Source: Limisphaerales bacterium (lineage in GTDB: Bacteria; Verrucomicrobiota; Verrucomicrobiia; Limisphaerales; AAA164-E04). From it: a stretch of DNA of 64,000 nucleotides. Every line of letters starts with the position of its first letter. Within the stretch, counting starts at the first letter, position 1. The translations under genes were made by a program, and so were the position numbers. The stretch spans positions 4,245,591 through 4,309,590 of the forward strand of contig OZ242022.1 of assembly GCA_965204945.1 (NCBI GenBank), in the 5' to 3' direction. The notes beneath the pieces were generated by a model that saw only the letters and a program-made list of their open reading frames with translations, did not search any database and was not told the DNA's origin. Positions 48,659-59,542 of the stretch are shown piece after piece.

Positions 48659-49135
48659 TCAAAAAAACGCGCGCGCCCGCAAAAGCATTTCTCGCAACCA
48701 GTCAAAATCAAAGAAACCTTCAAAAAGCGCCCAGTGAAAAACAAGCAACCCCGCAACGCAAAACCCCCAGTTTCGCCAGAGAGTCTTTTCCTTAGAATTG
48801 GCCGCCAAGACAAAATGGCCAAATCCATTCAGCAAAACAACCGCCGCAAAAGCGGCCAGTATGGCGGCCTCCGTTGCCGGGCGAGAACCAATCCGCAGAA
48901 AGCCAAAACGAACGCTGGTTGCGGCGGGCACGCCAATAAGAATAATCGCCAGACAAACAACATGGAGAAAGTGAATGGCGCGGCGACGCACAAACAAAAG
49001 ATGCCAAGCGGAGCGCGCCCTGGCAAGAAACAAACAACAATGGCAAGATTTTGGGGCCGACTTGCGCAAAGATAGGATAGCCCGAAGTTTTCTAGAAAAT
49101 CCTCCCCACTCGGCTTTTGCGTTGCCGGCCTCCAA
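48659..49135 (-). CDS. Possible small membrane protein upstream of comM
   Basis: The ORF has three hydrophobic segments. No family recognised and the start is unclear. Confidence 0.3.
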   Translation of the reverse strand: MEAGNAKAEWGGFSRKLRAILSLRKSAPKSCHCCLFLARARSAWHLLFVRRRAIHFLHVVCLAIILIGVPAATSVRFGFLRIGSRPATEAAILAAFAAVVLLNGFGHFVLAANSKEKTLWRNWGFCVAGLLVFHWALFEGFFDFDWLREMLLRARAFF

Positions 49136-49155
49136 ATCTTCGATAGGATGCGCCT

Positions 49156-49968
49156 ATGGCTTTGGATGCGTTGGGAATCATTGCGGGAAGCCGATCTCTG
49201 CCTCAAGAAATTGCGCGCGCCGCTCGCGCCGCCGGCGTTCGGCGATTGGCGGCGGTGGGTTTTGAAGGAGAAACCGAACCGGCTTTGGGAACTTTGGTGG
49301 ACGAAATCGCCTACCTCCGCGTCGGCCAGCTCTCCAAAATGATTCGCTTCTTTCAACAACGCGGGATTGCCCGGTGCGTCATGGTCGGGCAGATTGCGCC
49401 CAAGAATCTGTTTCGTCTTCGGCCGGATTGGCGCGCCGCCGCTCTGTTGTTGCGCTTGAAAGAGAAGAACGCCCGCACTCTCTTCGGCGGCATTGCCAAT
49501 GAGTTGCAAAAGGAGGGGATCGAGCTGATTGAGGCGACTCCCTGGTTGCGTCCGCTGATGCCTGCGGCGGGATTTTTGCTCGGCGCGCCTTTGTCTCCGG
49601 CGCAGAAGGAGGACTTGAGTTTTGGAATGCGCGTCGCCAAAGAGATTGCGCGACTGGAGATTGGACAAAGCGCGGTCGTCAAGCAAGGCACGGTTCTGGC
49701 GGTGGAAGGTTTTGAAGGAACGGACGCATGCCTGCGTCGGGGCGGAGAATTGGCGGGGCCAAATGGCGGCGCAACAGCGGCAAAGACAACGCACGAAAAT
49801 CACGACATGCGCTTTGACATTCCCTGCGTGGGCGAGACCACGGTGCAAACATGCTTGGAATCCGGGATTGCGACGCTGGGTTTGGAAGGCGGCCGAGTGA
49901 TTGTTTTGGAGCGAGAGCGAATCCAAAGCCAAATTGCCGGCCAAAAGTTTTCTATGATTTTTGTTTGA
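49156..49968 (+). CDS. lpxI: UDP-2,3-diacylglucosamine diphosphatase LpxI (DUF1009)
   Basis: LGIIAGSRSLPQEIA...VMVGQI...EGTDACLRRGGEL. Confidence 0.75.
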   Translation: MALDALGIIAGSRSLPQEIARAARAAGVRRLAAVGFEGETEPALGTLVDEIAYLRVGQLSKMIRFFQQRGIARCVMVGQIAPKNLFRLRPDWRAAALLLRLKEKNARTLFGGIANELQKEGIELIEATPWLRPLMPAAGFLLGAPLSPAQKEDLSFGMRVAKEIARLEIGQSAVVKQGTVLAVEGFEGTDACLRRGGELAGPNGGATAAKTTHENHDMRFDIPCVGETTVQTCLESGIATLGLEGGRVIVLERERIQSQIAGQKFSMIFV

Positions 49969-50036
49969 TCGGCCAAGCAGTTCAACGAGCCAGCGCGGAC
50001 GGCAATGCGGATTTCGCAGTTTGCCAAAGCGCGGCT

Positions 50037-50858
50037 CTATTCGCTGATGGGAATTTTGAAAAAACAAAGCCAATCGTCGAGCCTTCCACCCAAGTCAATC
50101 GTTCCGCGGGCGTCGTTCACATTGAAGTGGCGCCATTCGACGTGGCCGTCTTCAAAAAGAAAATTGCCGCCGCGCGGCGAAGCATCGCGGGCGCGATGGT
50201 TGGCGGTAGGCACTTGTTTGCCGCCTCTTTGGGTGAACCAATTCACATTGCCTTGGTTGTTGTTCACGTTCCAGTTTCCAAGCCCTTGAAGACGGTCGAT
50301 TAGAATTGGCGCATTTTTGTAGCGGCCGCCCATTTTCTTGCGAGGAACGCTCCATCCGCCAACGCCGTTGACGTCGTATTGGACTCTCGTCGATTCTCGT
50401 TTGCGATGAGGAAGGTGAAAATAGCCGGTGAGTATTCGATCAGGAGCGGGATTATCTTTTGACCAAAGATCTGCAACTCTGTGCCATTTGTCCGTTGGGC
50501 AGAAGATGAGGTGAAACTTGGGTTTTTCGGTTTCGGTTCGGCGGGATTCGATCAAATAGTCTCTCCAAAAAGTTTGGCTCGTTTTTCCCATCCAGCTCCA
50601 ATGTCGGCCGTCGGTGTTGTCGGGAAAGTAGTTGTCGTTGTCGCCGGCGTAAAGATGGTGGGCGATGCCCCATTGTTTTTCGTTGCTTACGCAAAGCGCT
50701 CGGTCGGCCTGCGCTTTGGCTCGGCTCAGGGCGGGCAACAGCATGCCGGCGAGGATGGCGATGATCGCTATGACTACCAGCAGTTCGATGAGGGTAAACC
50801 CGATTCGGGAAGAAAAGGGCGTGGGTTCTTTGCCGGGCAAGAAGTTTGTTGTTTTCAT
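50037..50858 (-). CDS. Prepilin-type N-terminal cleavage/methylation domain protein, DUF1559 family
   Basis: [29 protein letters not shown] and the C-terminal H-x-DG region ([10 protein letters not shown]). Confidence 0.85.
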   Translation of the reverse strand: MKTTNFLPGKEPTPFSSRIGFTLIELLVVIAIIAILAGMLLPALSRAKAQADRALCVSNEKQWGIAHHLYAGDNDNYFPDNTDGRHWSWMGKTSQTFWRDYLIESRRTETEKPKFHLIFCPTDKWHRVADLWSKDNPAPDRILTGYFHLPHRKRESTRVQYDVNGVGGWSVPRKKMGGRYKNAPILIDRLQGLGNWNVNNNQGNVNWFTQRGGKQVPTANHRARDASPRGGNFLFEDGHVEWRHFNVNDARGTIDLGGRLDDWLCFFKIPISE

Positions 50859-50933
50859 AAGCGTTTTCGGAAGATTTTTGCAATGATGGAATAAACGCCG
50901 GCGCCGGGAGAACGCCGCGCAAAATTTCTCATT

Positions 50934-51347
50934 TTACGACGGAAAGATGTAATCCAGCGCCTTGATGAGGGCGACGGCGAGTACCAAGGCGGAATAGAGT
51001 TTTACCGTCAAGCGCGACTCTATCGTCTGGATTTTCCCTTCTAACGCTTGGATTTTCCCTTCTAACGCTTGGATTTTCCCTTCTAACGCTTGGATTTTCC
51101 CTTCTAACGCTTGGATTTTCCCCTCTAACGCTTGAATTTTCCCCTCTAACGCTTGAATATCGCCCTTCAACTCGCTTCGCAACGACTGGATACTGCTTTC
51201 TAACACTTGAATATCCCCTGTTGTCGCAAGCCCTTCGCTGATGGCAGCTCCGATTTGCTCTGTAACGGCCTCCGCTTGCGAGTCGTTAAACCCGGCCGAG
51301 CGCAACGCCTTGACGGCTTTGTAGGTATCAAAAGCAACTGTGGACAT
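50934..51347 (-). CDS. DUF1640-like coiled-coil protein with an expanded heptad array and a C-terminal TM anchor
   Basis: MSTVAFDTYKAVKALRSAGFNDSQAEAV..., then (GKIQALE)x6, then ...LYSALVLAVALIKAL. Confidence 0.7.
   Translation of the reverse strand: MSTVAFDTYKAVKALRSAGFNDSQAEAVTEQIGAAISEGLATTGDIQVLESSIQSLRSELKGDIQALEGKIQALEGKIQALEGKIQALEGKIQALEGKIQALEGKIQTIESRLTVKLYSALVLAVALIKALDYIFPS
51029..51154. repeat. Tandem 21-bp repeat x6 (4 identical, 2 near-identical units) encoding GKIQALE heptads
   Basis: Unit GGATTTTCCCTTCTAACGCTT read directly, in frame within the CDS. Confidence 0.95.
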
Positions 51348-51399
51348 CACAAAAAACAAGGATAAAGGGAAATAGACTTTCGGTCAAGCAAACTCTTCG

Positions 51400-53097
51400 C
51401 TAACTCTTGCTTGCGCCCGCTTGCAAGACGCAACCTCGGCTGGCTTGGGAAACCTGCGCCGCATAACGTCGCAATCCAGAGTCGACATTGTCGAGCAAAG
51501 GGCGCTCCTTCCACTTCTTAAGGCGAGCGGCCATTTCCCTATCGCTGATGTGAAGGTGAATTTTGCCTTCCAACAGATCAAAACTAATGCGATCTCCGTC
51601 CTGAACGACTGCGATAGGACCGCCAACGGCGGCTTCTGGAGAGCAATGCACGCCAAGGGTTCCGTGAGAAACGCCGGAAACCCGCCCGTCGCAAACCAGT
51701 GCGACTTTGCCATCCCATTGCGGCGTCGAAAGCGCGGCAGAGGCGATTAATAGTTCGGGCATGCCGGGAGAACCGACCGGGCCTTGCCAGCGCAGAACAA
51801 CGACGTGGCCGGGTTGAATCCGTCCGTCTGCAGCAGCCGCGGCGACTTCCTCGCCATCGTCAAAACATAAAGCTTTGCCTGAAAATTCCGGCGTTTGGAG
51901 GCTTGACACTTTAAAAACAATGCCTTCTGGCGCCAAGTTGCCGAAGCAAACCTGCATGTCCGCATATTTTTTGAACGGATGCTCTGCCGTCGCGATCAAT
52001 TCCTGATCCGGCGGCAAAACCGGCGCTTGAACATAGTTGGCGGCTAGCGTGTCGCCCGTGACGGTTAGGCAATCGCCATCAAGAATTCCAGAATCCAGCA
52101 GGCGCCGGAACAGCGCGGCAGTGCCGCCCAATCGATGGAGATCGATCATGTTGAACGGCCCGCGCGGAGCAAAATTGCACAGCACCGGAGTCTGGCGGAC
52201 AACGCGCTGAACGTCTTTCAAATCAAAATCCGCCCCCGCTTCGCGCGCCAGCGCGAGCAGATGCAACACGGCGTTTGTGGAGCCGCCAATGGCCGCCGTT
52301 GTCTTCATCGCATTCTCAAAAGCCTTTTTCGTGAGGATGTCGCGCGGACGAATCCCTCGCTTGAGAAGATTCTTCATCAGGGCGCCGCCTCGTTGGAAGT
52401 CGCTTCGCTTGGCGGGGTCTTCGGCAGGAATAGACGCGCTTCCCGGCGGAATCAAACCCATCGCCTCGCCCGCAACGGCCATCGTGTTAAACGTAGCCAT
52501 CAGCCCGCAACCACCGCGTCCGGGGCACGCGCTCCGAATGATTTCGTCCGCCTCTTCTGCCAACATCGCGCCCTGTTGAGCAGCCGCTTGAGCATCGTAG
52601 GCGGAAAGAATCGTAATGAACCGTCCCTTGTGCCGGCCGGGACAAATGCTTCCCCCGCTGAAAATCAAGCCGGGAAAATTCGTCCGCGCCAACGCAATAG
52701 CCAAGCCGGGAAAGTTCTTGTCGCAAAAGTGAATGCCAACCATCCCGTCAAAACAATGAGCGGAAGCCATAGCGGAAAAACTGTCGGCAATCATCTCCCG
52801 CGAAGGCAGAGAGTAACGGCCGCCATCCATCCCTTGCGTCAAGTTATCGCTGACACCCGGAAGCCCGCACTTATACGCCCGCAACCGCTCCTCTTCGCAT
52901 CCGCAGATCACCGACTGCGAGGCCTCGTGACTTCCGCGGTTGCAAAGATTGACATCCAACTCCGGCGCGCCGACGGCAATCAGTGGACGGTCAAATTCCC
53001 CCGCCTCCCATCCCAATCCATGCAAAAAAGCCGCAACCGCCGCATTCCTCGAAGCAGTCAACCGGCGGCTGTTCCAGTTCAATTCCCCAGTCGTCAT
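51400..53097 (-). CDS. ilvD: IlvD/Edd-family dehydratase (dihydroxy-acid or sugar-acid dehydratase)
   Basis: SLPSREMIADS...CFDGMVGIHFCDKNFPG...GGSTNAVLHLLA. 565 aa. Substrate is not assignable from sequence alone. Confidence 0.8.
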   Translation of the reverse strand: MTTGELNWNSRRLTASRNAAVAAFLHGLGWEAGEFDRPLIAVGAPELDVNLCNRGSHEASQSVICGCEEERLRAYKCGLPGVSDNLTQGMDGGRYSLPSREMIADSFSAMASAHCFDGMVGIHFCDKNFPGLAIALARTNFPGLIFSGGSICPGRHKGRFITILSAYDAQAAAQQGAMLAEEADEIIRSACPGRGGCGLMATFNTMAVAGEAMGLIPPGSASIPAEDPAKRSDFQRGGALMKNLLKRGIRPRDILTKKAFENAMKTTAAIGGSTNAVLHLLALAREAGADFDLKDVQRVVRQTPVLCNFAPRGPFNMIDLHRLGGTAALFRRLLDSGILDGDCLTVTGDTLAANYVQAPVLPPDQELIATAEHPFKKYADMQVCFGNLAPEGIVFKVSSLQTPEFSGKALCFDDGEEVAAAAADGRIQPGHVVVLRWQGPVGSPGMPELLIASAALSTPQWDGKVALVCDGRVSGVSHGTLGVHCSPEAAVGGPIAVVQDGDRISFDLLEGKIHLHISDREMAARLKKWKERPLLDNVDSGLRRYAAQVSQASRGCVLQAGASKS

Positions 53098-55576
53098 TCG
53101 CTCTTTCCAAGCAACGGCAAAACCTTATAAAAGAGCATACAATAAAGCAAAACAAAAGCACTCCGAAAACTGCTCGCCAACCACTCCAAAACAGAATCCT
53201 CTTCTTTTCTCCCCAACCGCACGGCTTCCATTTATTCAGAGATATAACCATCCGCAGCTTCTACTATCTAAAACAAAACCTCGACGAAACTGCCGATCCT
53301 TCCAGAAGATTTTAAACATACTTCGGTTTGGCAAGACTCCCCATTCACAAATCGACCATCGCCGACAAACCCTCCCAATCCATCGATTCACTAAAAGCCC
53401 TTCCCGCCTTTTGTTGGAATCAAAATTGGAAAAACGTCTTCTCTCCGCAAAAACCAATTGCTCAACCAGACTTCCACACCTCTTCCCTTACCGCCCAGCC
53501 GCAAAGTCTGGAATGCCAAAAGCATACTTCAAATAATCTTGCCGATTTTGACATCGAAAACCACTGGCTAACGTCATTGCGCAAAGCAGATTAACCCTCC
53601 TTATTGCCTTAGTTTTCTAGCGTATTGTTAGAAAAGCATGAAAAACTATGCCCACCAACTTTGCTTTGATTTTGATGAAAAGCCGCGCTCGGCGCCACAA
53701 CAAAGAAAAACAGGCGCATCCCAACCCGTCAATCTACGAACTTTGCATAATGTGCTTCACTTCCCCATTTGGATGATGGGCGCAGCATCTCCCAGCAGAA
53801 TCTTAGAGCGAAAAACGGCGCCTTTGCCAAACGCTCGCAGAACTGAAAACCATCCAACAATTATCATCCCCTCCCTCATAAATCGCTGACTCCGGCTAAT
53901 CCTCAATGGATATTCGATGTTGTTTCCATCCCTAGAACATAAATCTTCTGAGGTTCGATTTTGTTGAGGCAGATTTTTTGGAGAGAAGCCCATGCGCGCG
54001 GGAAGGGGAAGCGGGTTTCCATTGGCAAATCCAAAGTTAGATTCCAACTTCGCAAAGGGCTTGTTGTCCGCGGCTTGGGAAAAGAGTCTTTTGCGTTATT
54101 AGAGTTTGCAGCGGCGGCGGCGGCGGTCAAAGAGATTATGCTTATAGAGGCGGGCTGTATCAAGAGTTCAACTTCTGATAGGAGAGGCCGTATTTACAAT
54201 GGCGGCCTTTGATTGATTAGCAGGAAGGGAAGGATTTGATAATCTAAATAAGATATTGTTTACTGATATGAAGAGAAGGGATTGGAGGTTGAGATATTAG
54301 GTAGAGTTTCCAGTGGTTGGGTGGGGTGTGGGGGAAGGTGGACAACAAAGCAGAGCGCGGGATTCGGCGAGGGAGTCGAGAATACGAGACAGTCTGCTCA
54401 CACAGCCAAAACAGAGACAGATTAACCGTGTCTTCGAGTCTCTCTTTAAAATCGTATAATATTATAAAAATAGTCAAAAATTGTATCACAACGGAACTAA
54501 ATCGAAACTAGTTTAAGTCCTAGAGAAACTGTTGAAACTACGAGGTTGGAATCTTCCGCAGGAGTATTTTTATTGCTCTTTTCCTTGTCGTATTCTTCGA
54601 GAGACTGAGTCACGACGCATGCAACTGCTTCTCTAAACATGCTAAGAATAATGCATGGGGAGTCCTTTTATGTTCATTGAGTTACTAATTGTTGTTTCTA
54701 TCATCACTGTTCCAGACGAGCGGATTCGATCTGCACAAAAGAAAGCGCTTGCAATAATTTTCCTTGTTCCAAAGTTGCTCAGGGCATTTTGGAGCGTTAA
54801 CTGGCGACACGGTTGCATGCAATTGATAGATAGATGGAATCGCTAACTTGCATCAGTGTTCTAAGAATTAGAATATTAAAGTTCGCACTGGGAATGTAAA
54901 GACCGATAGGCTTGCAGATAGTTGTTTTTGTCCATAATCCATAACGTGTAGAACTTTGGATACGGACTCGATATCGGGAGATACTTGATTGACTACTTTG
55001 TCCTGCTTTATAGCGAAATATGCCTCGCCAAATATACACCATGTACAAAAAGGGAAAACAAATAACCACATCTTTTCGGCAACCAAACTCTGGAACTACA
55101 ATCGCGGGAAGCATTGGCTATAAGGTTTTCCGTTTAGTCAAGAGAAATGTAATCGGCCGGTCGTTCAATCTCGGTCGGCTTTATTGCGTTTATCAAACAG
55201 CGGTCACTTGTGAGGATTAAATCAATTGGACTTTGCCTATCTTGCAGAGTTGCCGCTACTGGCATTTTGGCAATAATGCGCCGTGGAGAAATTGAGAAGT
55301 ATTGGAGGTTGGACAACTGGAATACGGTTGAATTAGGGGATCCTTTTTGGGTAAATATCCACCGAGACGGTCACTCTATGGTTATACTATAAAAGATTGT
55401 CGAGGATGTATAGGGCAATGGCCGGCTTTTGTTGGCAAGGTTGTTTCTCACGAGAACTTCTCGACGTGGCCGTCGATGAATACGGCATTTCGGAAGCCGT
55501 GCTAGGGTTGGTGGTCAGCGATAAAGTGGGGCATTCTCCGCGCCGAGTTGGACGCGCCATTTTCCATTTCATCGTT

Positions 55577-55975
55577 TTAGTCTCTGTCGATAAGGCGTCC
55601 ATTCATTTGGGCGTTCCATTGGTAACTGGAGCCTTCTCGCTCGAATTGCCGGTTGCAGTCGGATCGGGATTTGAAAGTCTTGTGGATTCCTTTGATATAA
55701 GGCTCCAGCACGATTCGCATGGGGTTAGTCGATCTCTTTGGAACATGCCGGAGGATGGAAAACCGTTGGGAATGATCGTCCGCATATAAGCGGGCGGCGA
55801 TGCCCAGTTGTCGCAAATTGCTACTACAATGAATTGCGTTAGCCTTCGCTTTTGCTTTGGACAATGCGGGGAGTAGCAAGCCGGCGAGGATGCCGATGAT
55901 CGCGATGACGACGAGCAGTTCGATCAAAGTGAGTGCAATCGACTTGCGTCCGGGTTTTTTGAATTGTTGCAACAT
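55577..55975 (-). CDS. Short prepilin-type N-terminal methylation-domain protein (~132 aa)
   Basis: [29 protein letters not shown]. It is much shorter than the DUF1559 paralogue and may be truncated. Confidence 0.6.
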   Translation of the reverse strand: MLQQFKKPGRKSIALTLIELLVVIAIIGILAGLLLPALSKAKAKANAIHCSSNLRQLGIAARLYADDHSQRFSILRHVPKRSTNPMRIVLEPYIKGIHKTFKSRSDCNRQFEREGSSYQWNAQMNGRLIDRD

Positions 55976-56383
55976 ACGCCCAGATTCTGCACGCGCTGAG
56001 AAATATCGCAAGAGTTTTCTTACAAAAGGCGGATATTTTTATCTGAATCAAACAAACATATACCTAGTTCCTGTTTGGCGAATTCAACAAGTTTCTCCGG
56101 CAACGGAAGAAATTATGATTGACGCCGATGGTTTGGATTTATAGTGTTTCTCAGCAAAAAGTTTTATGTCGAATTTGTCCGTTAACAATGCGTCGGCTGG
56201 AGGCCAAAGGAAGGCATCGCGGCAAGCAGGAAACCAAACTCTCCAGCTTCTAGCCCATCAGAATTTGTCTAATTGCTTTTGCCCGCTTTTTTCGCAAGCG
56301 GCGATTGCCAGCAAGGATAACGGAAACTTTCCTGAAGGAATATTGAGGCTTGTTTGGTCGCGTTGAGTTAGGGTAGGTTAGAT

Positions 56384-57340
56384 GTGTTTATGAGGGCGGA
56401 TGGCGGTATTTTTCGAGGATGCATTCCGGCTTTGATGACGCCTTGCACAGCGGAGCGGGAGCCGGATTACGAGGCGTTGGTATCGACGGCGGTTTCCTTG
56501 ATTGAGATGGGGATGCGGGCGGCGGTGTATTGCGGGTCGATGGGAGATTGGCCTTTGCTGACGGACACGCAGAGGCAAGAGGGTGTGCGGCGATTAGTGG
56601 AGGCGGGAGTGCCGGTGATTGTAGGCACGGGGGCGCAGAATTCGAAGGCGGCGGCGGCGCATGCGGCGCATGCCAGAGAAATGGGAGCTAAGGGGTTGAT
56701 GCTGATTCCGCGGGTGTTGTCGCGGGGCGCATCGGCAGCGGCGCAGCGGGCGCACTTTGCGCGGATTCTCCAAGCGGGCGGAAATCTGCCGGCAATTATT
56801 TACAACAGTCCGCATTATGGTTTTGAGACGAGGGCGGACTTATTTTTTGATTTGCGGAGGCAGTTTCCGTCGTTGGTGGGATTTAAAGAGTTTGGCGGGG
56901 CGGCGGCGCTGAGCTATGCGGCGGAGCATATCACGCATAAGGAAAGAGGGTTGGCGTTGTTGGCGGGAGTGGATACGCAGGTGTTTCATGGTTTTGTGCA
57001 TTGCGGCGCGGTGGGCGCGATTACGGGGATTGGAAACGTGTTGCCGCAGGAGATATTGCGATTGGTGGAGTTATGTGAACGGGCGGCGGCGGGGGATGTA
57101 AAAGCGCGGCGCCATGCTTGGGAATTAAATCAAGCGCTGTTGGTGTTGGCGAGCTTTGACGCGGGGCCGGACTTGGTATTATACTATAAACACTTGATGG
57201 TAGAAAGGGGTTACAAAGTGTTCCAACGGCACTTCAATGAGACGGATGAGTTGGGGCCAAGTCAGAAGGCTTTTGCTTCCACTCATTTGCGGTTATTTGA
57301 AAAGTGGTGGGAGGCTTGGCCGGGAAAGGCGGATGTATGA
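56384..57340 (+). CDS. Dihydrodipicolinate synthase family protein (probable pyrroline-4-hydroxy-2-carboxylate deaminase)
   Basis: GCIPALMTPC...VIVGTG...IIYNSP (DHDPS fold). Context is next to the hydroxyproline epimerase. Start is GTG 56384 or ATG 56390. Confidence 0.75.
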   Translation: MFMRADGGIFRGCIPALMTPCTAEREPDYEALVSTAVSLIEMGMRAAVYCGSMGDWPLLTDTQRQEGVRRLVEAGVPVIVGTGAQNSKAAAAHAAHAREMGAKGLMLIPRVLSRGASAAAQRAHFARILQAGGNLPAIIYNSPHYGFETRADLFFDLRRQFPSLVGFKEFGGAAALSYAAEHITHKERGLALLAGVDTQVFHGFVHCGAVGAITGIGNVLPQEILRLVELCERAAAGDVKARRHAWELNQALLVLASFDAGPDLVLYYKHLMVERGYKVFQRHFNETDELGPSQKAFASTHLRLFEKWWEAWPGKADV

Positions 57341-58293
57341 TGCGGGTTATTGATTCTCATACGGCGGGGGAGCCGACTCGGTTGATTGTGGAGGGCGGGC
57401 CGGATTTAGGAACGGGATCGATGGCGGAACGGCGGGAACGATTTGCTCGGGAGTTTGATGTTTATCGGCGCACGTCGATTTTGGAGCCGCGTGGGTCGGA
57501 TGTTTTGGTGGGCGCTTTGTTGTGTGAGCCGGAGTACGCTTCGTGCGCGGCAGGCGTGCTGTTTTTCAACAACGTCGGTTATCTTGGAATGTGTGGGCAC
57601 GGGATGATTGGCACGGTTGTGTCTTTGGCACATATGGGGCGCATTCGGCCGGGGAGTCATCGGTTGGAGACGCCGGTAGGGGTGGTAAAGGTGGATCTTT
57701 TAAATCCTAATGAGGTTACTATTGAAAATGTGCCAAGTTATCGGCATAGAAAAAGGGTGAGGGTAGAGGTTTCTAGACTGGGTATGATCACGGGGGACGT
57801 AGCATGGGGGGGTAACTGGTTTTACTTGGTAGAGGAGATTCCTTGTCCGTTGCGATTGGCGAACGTCGAGGAGTTGACGCAGGCGGGGCGGCGCATTCGG
57901 GAAGCGTTGCGAGATCAAGGCATTGTGGGGAAGGGAGGATGCGAGATTGATCATATAGAGTTTTTTGGACCGCCGGAGGCTTCCGATGCGCATAGTCGAA
58001 ATTTTGTTTTGTGTCCGGGCAACGCGTATGATCGCTCGCCATGCGGCACGGGAACGAGCGCGAAGTTGGCTTGTTTGGCTGCGGAGGGAAAGTTGTCGTC
58101 GGGCGAGGTTTGGGTGCAGGAAAGCATTGTCGGGAGTCGGTTTGAGGCTTGTTATCGGCAGGATGAGGTGGGACGGGTCATTCCGCAGATTACCGGCCGG
58201 GCGTATGTTTGCGGCGAGGCGATTTTGCTGCAGCATCCGGAGGATCCATTTCGGGAGGGGATTATATCCCAACATCCTCGTGAAAAATGGTGA
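57337..58293 (+). CDS. 4-hydroxyproline 2-epimerase / proline racemase family
   Basis: MRVIDSHTAGEPTRLIV. Both catalytic Cys contexts are present (GMCGHG and SPCGTGTSA). ATGA overlap with the upstream gene. Confidence 0.85.
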   Translation: MMRVIDSHTAGEPTRLIVEGGPDLGTGSMAERRERFAREFDVYRRTSILEPRGSDVLVGALLCEPEYASCAAGVLFFNNVGYLGMCGHGMIGTVVSLAHMGRIRPGSHRLETPVGVVKVDLLNPNEVTIENVPSYRHRKRVRVEVSRLGMITGDVAWGGNWFYLVEEIPCPLRLANVEELTQAGRRIREALRDQGIVGKGGCEIDHIEFFGPPEASDAHSRNFVLCPGNAYDRSPCGTGTSAKLACLAAEGKLSSGEVWVQESIVGSRFEACYRQDEVGRVIPQITGRAYVCGEAILLQHPEDPFREGIISQHPREKW

Positions 58294-59542
58294 ATCGGTT
58301 TTGATTGTCGGCGGAGGCGTGGTGGGCATTGCGTGCGCGCATTATCTTTTGCGGGCCGGCGGGCGGGTGACGGTGATTGAGAAGGGTTCTCTGGCGGGAG
58401 CTTGTTCTCATGCGAATTGCGGTTTTGTTTGCCCAAGCCACGTGTTGCCGCTGACTGAACCGGGAGCCATTGGCTTGGCCGTTCGAGCTCTTTTCAATCC
58501 GAACGCGCCGTTCCGAGTGCGTCCGCAGTTTCGTCCGGCTTTGTGGCGTTGGATGTGGCGGTTTGCCCGGCGCTGTCGGCATCAGACGATGCTGGAGGCG
58601 GGGGCGCCTTTGAAGGCGATTCTGGATTCGTCTATGGCGGAGTATCGCTGTTTGGTGCGCGAAGAGAAGCTGGCTTGCGAATGGCGGGAGGACGGATTGC
58701 TTTACGTACTGCGGACGGAAAAGGGAATGGCCGATTTTGGAAAGACCGACGAGTTGCTCAAAAAGGAGTTTGGAGTCGCGGCGCAGAGGATTGAGGGAAA
58801 AGACTTGGCGGCGTTTGAGCCGGCGCTTCGGACGGACTTGGCTGGGGGGTTCTTTTATCCGGGCGACGCGCACTTGCGGCCGGACGCCTTGAGCCGGCGT
58901 TGGACACGGCGTCTGCGACAAAAGGGAGTGGAGTTTGTTACAGACTGCGAGCTGCAACAGATTCGGAAGCAAGGCAATCGAATAGTTGCGGCGCAGACTT
59001 CGCGCGGAGAAATGTCGGCGGATCAATATGTGTTTGCGCTTGGGGCGTGGAGCGCAAAGTGGGGGCGAGAGTTGCGCTGTTCCATTCCGGTCGAGCCGGG
59101 CAAGGGGTATTCCGTGACCATGCAGAGGCCTTCTCTTTGCCCCGCGCATCCGCTTTTGTTTCCCGAACACAAGGTGGCGGCAACGCCGTTTGCGGACGGC
59201 TATCGACTGGGGTCGATGATGGAGTTTGCCGGATTTGACGAAACGATTGCGGAAAAGCGAATCCAACAATTGCGAACTTCGGCCGAGCCGTATCTTTTGG
59301 AGCCGCACACTTCCCGGACGCGGGAAACTTGGTTTGGCTGGCGGCCGATGACTTGGGACAGCCTGCCAATCATTGGGCAGACGCCAAACCTGCAAAATGC
59401 GTTTTTGGCTACGGGACACAACATGCTGGGGCTAAGCATGGCGCCGGGAACGGGCCGTTTGCTGGCGGAACTCATGCGCGGGCAAAAGACGCACATCGAC
59501 GCAAGTGCTTTCTCCCCAAACCGATTCTCGGCGGCGGGCTAG
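58280..59542 (+). CDS. FAD-dependent oxidoreductase (D-amino-acid / D-hydroxyproline dehydrogenase-like)
   Basis: VLIVGGGVVGIACAHYLLRAGGRVTVIEKG (Rossmann GxGxxG motif). A GTG start overlaps the epimerase 3' end by 14 nt. Confidence 0.75.
   Translation: MKNGESVLIVGGGVVGIACAHYLLRAGGRVTVIEKGSLAGACSHANCGFVCPSHVLPLTEPGAIGLAVRALFNPNAPFRVRPQFRPALWRWMWRFARRCRHQTMLEAGAPLKAILDSSMAEYRCLVREEKLACEWREDGLLYVLRTEKGMADFGKTDELLKKEFGVAAQRIEGKDLAAFEPALRTDLAGGFFYPGDAHLRPDALSRRWTRRLRQKGVEFVTDCELQQIRKQGNRIVAAQTSRGEMSADQYVFALGAWSAKWGRELRCSIPVEPGKGYSVTMQRPSLCPAHPLLFPEHKVAATPFADGYRLGSMMEFAGFDETIAEKRIQQLRTSAEPYLLEPHTSRTRETWFGWRPMTWDSLPIIGQTPNLQNAFLATGHNMLGLSMAPGTGRLLAELMRGQKTHIDASAFSPNRFSAAG

Noticed and set aside
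54106-54125. Short GCG trinucleotide run (GCAGCGGCGGCGGCGGCGG).
   Set aside because: It has only ~5 units, lies in a region with no supported gene, and shows no evidence of function.
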